Shown one piece after another: positions 32,893 through 43,290 of a stretch of DNA of 53,366 nt (position 1 is its first letter; each line of letters opens with the position of its first letter). The notes under the pieces were generated by a model, which saw only the letters and a list, made by a program, of their open reading frames with translations, did not search any database and was not told the DNA's origin. The translations under genes and the position numbers were made by a program. The stretch is from Halocafeteria seosinensis (Eukaryota), in the NCBI GenBank assembly GCA_001687465.1, contig LVLI01000144.1, forward strand, positions 1 through 53,366. The letters are read 5' to 3'.

Positions 32893-33447
32893 TAGACCTT
32901 GAGCACAATTGCAATCTCGACTGAACTCTTGCCGAAGTGTGTACGGCGGGGTAGCCCACCTCAGCTAATTCTCGTCGCGCTCACATTTACACAACATCGC
33001 AAATGACGGAACACAGCACTCCAACACAACAAAAACGTCATATGGCTATCCAGTTTACCCGTTAGGTTTCTCGTATCGTTTATGCTAGGTCATAGAGCAC
33101 TCGATGTAACTCTGGTACTTTGCCTTCCAAAATCCCCATTAACCAACCTGCATTCTTTGATAGAGACTTGCGAAACTGATATAAATTGATTCTCTCCAAA
33201 ACCGAAGCTCATCCATGGATATGCGATGCATCATGATGTTCATTGGATTCCTTCCTTCATTGAAGTTGTGTACTTGAACTTCACGCGCTAAGAAGCCTTA
33301 AAGAAGGGCGTACAATGTAACACACTAGAGGCAGAATAACTACGATTGACTGGCGGCAGTGAAGGAGGATTTTTTCTCTGACGGCACTGGTTTAGTATAG
33401 TCGTCACATTTGACAGTAAAACTGTATTGATAGAACAAAAGAACATC

Positions 33448-34158
33448 ATGATGCGGCGGATTCTGACTCCCTCCGTGCAGAAACTACAAAAACCCTTTCA
33501 AAGGGCACTCACAGGGGGAAACCGAACTTCAACGACATTCGTATTCCCATGCAACAGAGCATTATCATATTCGGCTAGCACTTGCGGTCACAAGGAGTTG
33601 TGGAGTCCTAATGTGCAGGGACAACACTGTCTTAAGGATCACCAGCGACAGCCGGCATTGAGTGCCACACGCCAGTATCACAGCTCTGGGAATTGTAGTT
33701 GCACAAGTCATACACAGACACAGACACAGACACAGACGCACCAGGGCCATGACGCGTCAAGTACACAGCCGCAAGTACACGAAGGGGAAGAACAGGAAGA
33801 AGGAAGTGATGTACCACTCCCTGGAGCACGCCATGGAGGAGAGAAGTTTGCAATGCTGATGACGTGCACCGTTTGTGAAACTCGCGCGGCCAAAGTGGTG
33901 ACCAAACAAGCATACTATGAAGGCGTAGTGTTGGCACGTTGTCCCGGGTGTGAAAATCTACATCTTATTGCGGACCGACTAGGATGGTTCGAGGATGGTG
34001 GTGTTGACATTCAACAGCTCTTGGAACGGGATGGTCGAGGGGATCAGTTCTCACAACAAACTGTGGGAAACGAAGGCGGAGTTTTGGAACTTACTATGGA
34101 AGACTGGAAGGCGCTCAAGAGTACAGACAAGACGAAATTTACAAACTCGGATGACTAA
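33448..34158 (+). CDS. DNLZ: Mitochondrial DNL-type zinc finger chaperone (Hep1/Zim17/Tim15)
   Basis: TCTVCETRAAKVVTKQAYYEGVVLARCPGCENLHLIADRLGWF, plus an N-terminal presequence-like region. Confidence 0.92.
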   Translation: MMRRILTPSVQKLQKPFQRALTGGNRTSTTFVFPCNRALSYSASTCGHKELWSPNVQGQHCLKDHQRQPALSATRQYHSSGNCSCTSHTQTQTQTQTHQGHDASSTQPQVHEGEEQEEGSDVPLPGARHGGEKFAMLMTCTVCETRAAKVVTKQAYYEGVVLARCPGCENLHLIADRLGWFEDGGVDIQQLLERDGRGDQFSQQTVGNEGGVLELTMEDWKALKSTDKTKFTNSDD

Positions 34159-34322
34159 ATGTAAATATAGGAAGATGCGACATTGTCACCTCAACTAGCT
34201 GTACATCGGAACGCACCTCGTGGAGATAGCAAGGATTGCCGATGAGCACATAGATGCAATGTTGTATTCAATGGGTGCAGTACCCATATAACGGCTTGGT
34301 ACTATTTGTTTGGCTATAGAAT

Positions 34323-35475
34323 CTACATCAGATTCTGGGCTACCTTCAACTTTTGAATGATACTATTGTGCATGTTGTACCTGTATTCGTACTCCTCCAA
34401 CTCTTTCCTGGCCTGTTCCAATCCTCTTCCTGTAATAGCAGGCTTACTTAGTCTCTCGTATTCAGCAATAATACCACGGAGCATTGTTATATGTTCCTTC
34501 AGGTCTTGGAGTTTCCCATCATCGTCGAGGACAACATTCTCTTTCTCCGCAAAGCGTTGCTCTTCCTCCGTTAATTCCACGTCATCGCCACCGGCAAATG
34601 TTCCTGCCTCACCCTCTTCGAGGAGTTTCGATACCTCAGCTCTAGGCAAACGACCTGCAGCTGCATCTTCCAACTTCTCACGGCGTTTGAGACTCTCCGT
34701 TGTATCCTTCAAACTCCATGGTACTTCCTGTATGTATGGCAATGACTAAGTCTGTCCATTGATACGCGAAGAAGAACAGATATCAATTAAGAAGTACATA
34801 CTCTTTTAGGTTTAAAGTTCCTCTTATCCAAGGGGTGTCCTGGTTGAGTATAGTAGTGATGCTCTCCTGGCTCCGACCCCATGGGTCCCGTTAGGCCATT
34901 GCCTACTCCGTATCCTCGTGGACGCCGCGTTGTATTATTGGGCTCATGCTCTTCTACGACACCGCCTGCAAGGGAGAGTACAGAATGCATAATAAAGAAT
35001 TCATAGTGTAGACACCTGCAACCGTGAGGCCACATACCTAAATTTCGTTCATATTTGGCATCTGAATGGTAAATTATCTTGTCCGGTTCATAGCGCCACG
35101 TCGATCCAATGTGTTTCTGCACACACAAAACATGCAACCAAAGTATATGCATTCACCACCAGAGGTACGCGAAAGCAATACGGTACTTACATCTTTTTGC
35201 TGAGGAGGCTCATCTGTGGTTTGATGGAGCCAAATATGCCATTCAGCAGGGACCAAACTGGCATCCACGTCGTAGAAAGAATGCCCTCCAGCGTATTCCA
35301 CCCATCTCGTTTGACCCCACGCGTACTCTGGGTTCTCGTAGTACTTGTTCCCGTACCGGTCCGTCCCTACGAGACGTCCAAACTTGAGCGTCCTTTGCTG
35401 AAAAAGCTTCGTAAAGGTCCCTCGGAGCCCAAACTCCTTGAGAGCTCGAAACACACTGTCCTGTCCAGCTGGCAT
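34323..35475 (-). CDS. NDUFA12: Complex I subunit NDUFA12 (B17.2) with C-terminal extension; exons 35475-35191, 35116-35038, 34965-34802, 34727-34323
   Basis: GRLVGTDRYGNKYYEN, RWVEY, DASLVPAEWHIWLH..DEPP, HEPN.T and final W motif. Three GT-AG introns in phase. Confidence 0.9.
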
Positions 35476-35793
35476 TTCTCTTACCACAACCAAATAAACA
35501 AGAACAAAGAGAGGGAGAAAGAAACACCCAATACTCTATCTATTTGCACTATAAAATGACCAATAACATTGTGGGAATGTGTGTGTGTGTATACAAACTG
35601 AATAATTCCCTCCTTTCTCTGAGTAGACGGAAAGTTTGACGTGTATTGGATCTTGTCTTACAACAGCATGGCCTGCTGCACACACGTACATACAATACAG
35701 TATGTCTGAACTGGATAACAAACAAAAATGATGTATGAGTACATTTCTTCTTCTACTTCCTCTTCTATTCGTTTCGTTTCGTAGAGGAAGTGA

Positions 35794-38700
35794 ATGTCGA
35801 AACAACGAAGGGCACCTCCTCCGGGAGGTGGGGGTGGTGCTGCTGCTTCCAGTCCTCCGAGGCAGAGGAACCCTGGCAATAAGTCCCCTAAGAGCAAGCA
35901 GAATGATAGCCAAGAGAATCGAGAACAGCAAGATGATGAGTTCGAAGCGCTCCAAGCGATGTATCCGGAGGAATTGACGCCGCTTCCCCGTGTCTGGAAT
36001 AATTATCAATTCCGTCTGACCTTGCACCCTTTGGGCAACGAGACGCATAAATTGAAACTGACCGTCACTTTACCAGCCAAATATCCCAATATTAGGTACG
36101 TACCGACGAACCGGTCAATTTTCCTTGGTGACAAGGTTCTCAAAGAGTGTAGACGTGCAGACCTGACTTGAGTTTAGTGGGAAGCGAAGGAATCTCGGAC
36201 GAAGATCTGGAGGAATTGAGGAAGCAATTGTACCAAGTATGCGATGATAGATTAGGTACCCCGTCTATTTTTGATGTGGCGACAGAGGCGCAAACATATC
36301 TGGATGAGCACTATGGTGCCAGCGACAGTGCTAGCAATGCCGGAGCTCAGAAAGAATCCATGTACCAGGATATGCTCTCGAGACAACGACAAGCTCAGGA
36401 AACTGTCCAGCAGCATCTCCAGCAGACGGAACAGCATGAGCGACTCAGAGAAGAGACAGCGACACGTGACTTGCATAAACGAATCGGCGAGGATGTACAG
36501 AAACGAACAGAAGCTGCAAAACAGATGAGACAAGAAAGAGGGAAGATAACATCACCGGTCTTGGGTGCCACAGCCCCCAAGCAAGGCCCTGCTCGAAGTG
36601 ACGCGCTGCCACCGCCCGACCTGGATTTGACCAATACGGAGCAAGATAAAAACAATCACGGTAACGACGCCGACCAGGACGAATTCGGGCAGAATCTCCA
36701 AGAAGATGATGCTACTAGCCATGTATTCCTACCGCATATGCAACCCTCGGCGAACCGAGAGAGCCGCTTCGAAACTGACTTTGAGGAAATTGCGTGTTTA
36801 GGGGAAGGAGGATTTGGTAAGGTGTTGAAAGTCAGAAACAGACTTGATGGCATGTTTTATGCCATTAAAGTCATCAAGCTAGAAAAAGAGTCAATGCTGA
36901 ATAAAAAGATGCTAAGGGAAGTTACTACCTTATCTCGCTTGCATCATCGCTACATTGTTCGCTATTTTCAGGCGTGGTTAGAAGGAGGCGACGCTACCCG
37001 GGAAGGAAAAGAAAGGCAGAATCGTATCGGACGGAATCAAGCTAACAGTGATGACCAATCCACGGATGCAGAAGAAAGTGAGACTACACCAACCCTCGCC
37101 TACAAACAGACTGCGAAAAGAGGCCACGAAATAAGTCATGCTACCCAGTCTCAGTACGTCAAAGATGTAGATGGCAGCCTAGTGGATATCTCAGTGGCAG
37201 GTTACGATGAACATCGGGTAGCTCCGCAAATGGACTCTGAACGGAATTTATTCAGTAAGAAACGCACGGGCTCGGAAGACTGGATGGCGCTTGACACGTC
37301 ATCCAGTGGGTATCCGGGAAATGCAAATGCACAAAATGCTCAGAATGAAGAGGATTCTTCGACTGAATCGGAAGAGGAAGACTCCGAAGACGAAGACAGT
37401 AGCTCGGAGGACTCTACAGAATCAGCTTCTTCTTCGACGGAGTCCGATAAAGAACAAGAAGCGAGCTACTCGTTTGACGAAGAAGGTGGTGCTGGCCCAG
37501 AGTACTCAGAAAGTCTTGCTCTTCCAGCAACGAAAGAGGAAAACACAGGCGATTCCTCCCTTTTCGAATGGACTGCGAACGAGCAGCAGCCGGTAGATGG
37601 GAAGAGTACTGATCAAAAACAGGTTCAGAAACCTACAGCTACATCCAAGCCCGCCAAAGCCCCAAGACAGTACCTTTATATCCAAATGGAATTCTGCCCG
37701 GGCTCAACTCTTCGTGAAATAGTCGATGAACATAACCTACGTGAAAACGTGGAAAAGATCTGGCGTCTGTTCAGTCAAATTCTAGAAGCCTTGTCATACC
37801 TTCAAAATCGCGGAGTCATTCATCGAGATTTGAAGCCTCCAAACCTGTTTATTGATGCAGAAGAATGCATCAAGATTGGGGATTTTGGTTTGGCAACAGG
37901 GGAAGGTGATGAATATACATCTCGAACTGGTGTGCCCAAAGCCGGAAAACCCGAAGACTCAAGTGCAACAATGGGTGTCGGAACGACACTGTACAGAGCT
38001 CCAGAATTGGATCCCCATAGCGGCCCAAAAGCCTACGCCCCTCCCAAATCCGGGCAACGGTTTTCTCAGTATGATATTAAGGCGGATATGTTTAGCTTAG
38101 GTGTTATTTTCTTTGAAATGTGGAAGAAGCCCTTTGGGACCAGCTCCGAGAGATACCACACTCTGATGCTTCTCCGAAAGTTGCCGCCGTTAGATTTTAA
38201 GCAAATCAAGAAATCTCTTTCAAGTGATGAGAGATCCATGAAGAAAGCAGCCATGGGAAATCTCCCAGACGAATGCAAACCGCTTTTTGACGGTATTCCA
38301 ACGCAGGCGGTTATCTTGCTCCGTTGGCTTCTCTTACATGATCCATCCAAACGCCCAAGCGCTGACGATGTTCTAGAGTCAAATCTACTGCCGCGTCGGG
38401 GTGAAATAGATGAAGTTAGTTGGATACTGTCAGTTTCCAGATTCTCACGGTGTGTTTTATATTTCCGTGTTCTCTTCTTGCGCAGGGATACTTGGAAGAA
38501 GCCATTCGTGTTGTATCACAACGAGGCAGTGCCACCCATGCTAAATTAATGCAGTCTCTATTTGGGCAACCCACAGAAGATACTGTAGACTTCACTTTCG
38601 AAATCGATCCAGCGTAAGCTCCGTTGAACTCCAACATTGTTGCAACGAGTTGTGATATCAGTTTGTTTACTCTTGCAGATCTACAAAGTCTTATTCTTCT

Positions 38701-41537
38701 TCTATTGATTGCTTGCCGTTTGATTTCCAACCCAAACTGCTGCGAGAAACATTGTGCAAGGCACTTTCTTCAGTTTTCGAAAGGCACGGAGCGGTGCCTT
38801 TCGAAGCTCCTCTCCTCATGCCAAAGCCTGCTAACATAGCTGCTCAAGCTAGTGCTAGCCGCCAGAGACACTCGGGTCTATTTTCCGATCCACTGGGTGT
38901 GAGTCTGTTATCAATGAGCCGGCGTGCTGATGTCGGCAAGGCTTTCGGTGCGAGTGCCGAAGAAGTAACTGCTGCACTGCAAAACTTCCGTGGGATGTCG
39001 TTTGGAGCCAATATGGGTGGTGTGGGTATCTGTACTCCAGAGGTAGGTGATACCGTTCCAATCTACCTAGATCCTAGCGGCACTGTTGTGCATTTACCGT
39101 TCGACTTGTGCGAGCCGTTTGCCCGTTTTATTGCCCGTTACGACATACAATGGCTGAGGCGGTATGCTCTCGCCCCAGTTTACCGAACTCGATCTTACGG
39201 TGGCTGCTCCCACCCAAAGGAGCTTAGTGAGGCTGATTATGACATTGTGTGGAATTTACGAGCAGAAAATAAAAGGCAAGGTCTAAGCGAACCGACTTCC
39301 TTCCTTGGAATTGAAAATTTGGATCCATGGGGTATTGTTCCCAAGGCAGCGTCGATGGAGGCGGAAGTGCTCTTAGTATCAGCAGAAGCGACATCCCTTC
39401 TCTCTGCCGAAATTGGGTCATATTTTGTTCGCATGAATAATGCTAAGATTCTTCGAGGCTTGATGGATTTTGCTGCTGTTCCCATTCCAAAGCGAGCTGT
39501 TGTCGCGCAGACATTGTCTGCCGCTGTCCACACGGCTTGTATTCGCGCTGAAGGAACCCGTGTTGGGGCTAAGAAGAATTGTATGAAAGATACTGCGGAG
39601 AAGAAATCCCAGACGTCTCGCACTGAGAAGAAAAAAAGAGGTACCAAGTCTGGTCAAGACGACGTCGACGAAGTCAGTGACGACTCTGATGACTTTTCTG
39701 GCCTTAGAGATGAATGGTCAGCTATCCGCAAGTTTCTACTTAAGAGAGTCGGATTGTCACAGGCATCAGCCGATGCACTGAAGGTTTTCTTTTCACTTTC
39801 TCCGTATCCTCTGGTTGCAGTCGACGAGCTTTGTCAGTTTGTGGAAGAACAATGGCAACCAATGTACGAGCGGCTGAGATCTATGGAACAAGAAACATCG
39901 TCCCGACAGAGGCGTGTTGGCCGGACGTCGTTGACTCTAAAATTGCGACTTGCAGGCCTAAGCATGCTTGCTGAAGGAGTCTACGAAATCCGACACACCT
40001 TGATTTATTCGCTCAGAGTAGTGAAAGGTAAACTGAGGAGTAACATTAAAGAGCCAGCCAGCGATCCGCTTCCCGAAATTCCAACAAACATCAATAATGT
40101 AAAAAAGCAGAAGATTCCTCCGTTTTCTAAAATCTTGGAAGACTTTAAAACATGGAACATGTCGCGGAATTCCGAAATTTACACGCACATTATTGGGTTC
40201 TTGCAATATCTGGCCTCGTTGAGGCTTGATGTCGGCTTCGCTGAGAAAAACGGCAAGTATTCTCATGCGTTTGTTTTTCAAACGGTGTTGAATCCACCGC
40301 AAACTCTTGCTAGTAAGAAGAAGAAACGAAAGAGTCGAAAAACAGAGACGCTGGATGTGAACAACGCCACTGATGAGGAACTAATTGTTGAATTTGCGTC
40401 CATCGGCCTTAAATCTCCTCTGGGTACAGATCGTGATTGCATTGCGAAGGGCGGAAGGTATGATGATCTAGTTTTACGATTTAAGTTGCCGGGAGATTCG
40501 GTAGAGTTACCCGTCGCTGTGGGAGTCAGGTAAGACTTCAATCCCTCATTGCATCGAGTCGATAGCGCGTTTTACGGACAAACCACGCTCCCTTTTATTG
40601 CAGATTTGCCTTAGATAAGATCAGCTCAACCCTGATGAGCATTCTGCAGCAGCAAAACAGTGGTTCCAAGCGCTTAAAGTTCTTGACGCGGACATGTGAC
40701 GTACTTGTGTGCACTCCTTCGGGGGTAGGTGTGACAGAGCCGATGCACGAGAAGATTGCAGTGGCTAGCCGGCTATGGGCGCACAACGTCCGCACGGAAT
40801 ATGTCCATCCAACTCCTGCCACTCACGAAGAGCTAAACGAACACTGTCAACGCCATGGAATTCCAGTATTGGTAGTGCTCAATAGCTCCATTACAACCGA
40901 GAAAGATGTTGTGCAGCTACGTTGCATAGACCCTTCGATTCCGTCCCTGGATGTCGAACTAGATGCTTTGTCTCGAGAAGTATCTGTCATGCTTTCAACT
41001 TATGTGAACAACAATATGAGGCAACAGTTTGCTCAAACGCAGAGTCCGGTTCCCGGTAAGGCTGGGCTTATACAGCAAGGGTCAAGGCTGAATAGCGGTA
41101 GTACCATGATGGCATTTCCCCAATCTAAAGAGACGAAGAGCATTGATACGGTTAAGAACGATTTCCGGATCGTCGAAATTGAGGAGAGCGACAGCCTTGC
41201 GGGGAACACTGAAGAAGGTATCCGGAGTCAAGTTTTACAGTCAGTTCCCGCGTTTGTAGCCAATGACTCGAACCACATGATAGTGTTTGTAACGCGACTG
41301 GAGGCGGCATGTATGCGAGAAATAGTTGCTGCCGTCGATTACAGTGCGAGTGATGTTAAAACTGCAGTAGATTCAGTTTGCTCTGAAAGACTTGGCGAAA
41401 AAGCTAGAAGTGTTAAGTCTGCCATTCGAAAGACCATTCAACAACTAAGGATCACCAACGTTGACAAGATTGTTCGTTATCTTGTTGTATATTCTACATC
41501 TAGCAAGCGGTCGGACTTTTGTACCATTTCCTCCTAG
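35794..41537 (+). CDS. GCN2: eIF2-alpha kinase GCN2 (RWD, kinase, HisRS-like and anticodon-binding domains); exons 35794-36095, 36161-38414, 38486-38613, 38679-40529, 40604-41537
   Basis: RWD domain (QDDEFEALQAMYPEE..LPAKYP). Kinase (SRFETDFEE..LGEGGFGKV..NRLDGMFYAIK, YLYIQMEFC, HRDLKPPN, IGDFGLA, VGT.LYRAPE). HisRS-like region (LPFDL..PFAR, GGRYD). Introns are GT-AG and in phase. Confidence 0.95.
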
Positions 41538-42050
41538 TTAATATATCAAATCGAAATAGCTATGTGCGTACTTGGTTTCAATCAGGATGAGGAGAAATAG
41601 CTGCGTAAGTATAACTGCCAATATATTCCGAATATGCGGACATAAACTTAAGGAGCTAAGTCTGCTAACACCTTCAATCGTGAGGTCACTCTGCCCAAAA
41701 CGAGTCCACCGGCACGGAAGTACAGTCCCCAAGAGCTAGCGTGCTCCTCTGTACCGTGTTCGGTGTTATTTGAGGTTACGACTCTCCAACACAATAATCT
41801 AAACCGTTTCATATCTTGCTACGGTACACGTGTCAACTGTATAGGTGGTACGGTTGTACATCCAATCCATTCCCCTGATTTGAGCGCCATCGACGATTGC
41901 ATTCCACGCATGCACCATATAAAGTTGCATTTTGGCATTGGACAAACTAAGTCTGTAGTGTGTATTAGTATTGCTCCTACTGAAACACTAAGGCTACAGG
42001 CTACGCTACGCCGTGGAAGGGGTGGGTGAACCCTACCCGGAACCGGTAAG

Positions 42051-42290
42051 TTGTGGCGCATCAACGTGGCAGACAATTTGGCCGTCATCAGCTTGCGAAA
42101 GTTCCGCCTCTCCCTTGTTCCCCAGCGGGAGGCCGGTGCTTCCCTGGCAATTCCCTTGAGGAACTTGACCACGTCTTCCCCGAAACCGCCCGTCGCCTCC
42201 ATCGCGAACGGGATAATTTCCGTGTGTGGTCCCTCAGATGTCCGTATTTTGCCCGTTTCAGCTTCTCCGCTTCTGCGGCGATGGTGAGGG
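42051..42290 (-). mobile_element. Non-LTR retrotransposon (CRE/R2-group) RLE fragment, copy 2, frameshifted
   Basis: AEAEKLKRAKYGHL / IIPFAMEATGGFGEDVVKFLKGIA..KLSATLMRHN. It aligns with 1217-1417 and carries a 1-nt deletion (gaccacacac vs gaccaccacac). Confidence 0.72.
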
Positions 42291-42540
42291 GCCTTCCGGC
42301 TGTCTTGACTAGCCAGTCTCAGGCTGCGAGCGGGTTTGGCGCTGTCACATTGACATAAACTGTGCTCGTTGGCCATTTGTTCACAAGTGACCCAAATGTA
42401 GGGCTATATCGAAAGACTCATAGAATCCAAAGCGAGGATAATCTTCGCAGTCGGAGCATTAAACTGCCCTTCGCTTAGCACCCTTTTCTACCACCCTTTT
42501 CTGCTGACTATGGGCTCCGGTGGTGGGAACTATGCTCCCT

Positions 42541-43290
42541 CTACCGGAACTTAGGTGAGCAACAACTACTCGCGCACTTCGCGTTCTTCGCCACGTACTG
42601 TTGCCGCGTAGACGATTCTTGGACTTGACGTTCACTAAGGTACCGTCCGTAAGCGTACAATTCCATATCCCATGCTACCAAGTCACTGAATTCCTTCCTC
42701 CGAGCTGTCTGCTGTAATTCTCCTTTATCCGAGCTCTTACCACGATTTATCGGTTTAGCGGTTCCCGTTTTCCACCCAAATCGTCTTTGCATAATCGTCA
42801 AACCCTCATCCAGATTTTCCAATATTAAAACAGTGCTGAAGCGCTCAAGGCACTCCTTTACGAACTCTAAATGGGTATGGTTTAGTTGACCTGTGGGAGT
42901 AGACTTGCAGCATTCACCGCATATGACTCTGAGCAGGTAGTTATCAGGCTGGTGAGTGACCCAATCTGCGAATTTTCCCATGTGCTTCTCGCAAAACGAT
43001 AATGCGAGACGTAACGATCACGGGGATCACGCAAAACAGTAACATATTGGCAACAACTGTAGTCCAGTTCATCAGGCATATACTTCTTATTGGCCACAAT
43101 ATCATACTCAGTCGCCGCAGCAAATTTGTTTTGTTCTGCGATCGTTTTGCCACAGCATGGCACTTTATGGGACCCGAAGACATTGCAATTCTTCTCCGCA
43201 ATTCGAAGTCCATTCTGAGAGCCAAGTTTTCAGAGCGTAGTTCCGCCAGCTTTATGGACGTGCGCCTCGTCGAGTTTGACCAGTTGCCGG
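42541..43290 (-). pseudogene. Sulfotransferase-family (Sulfotransfer_2 / Gal3ST-like) pseudogene
   Basis: 5'-PSB motif HVHKAGGTTL, 3'-PB motif YVTVLRDPRDRYVSHY, LERFSTVLILE and WDMELYAYG. In-frame TGA at 43230-43232 and a frameshift near 42981. Confidence 0.78.
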
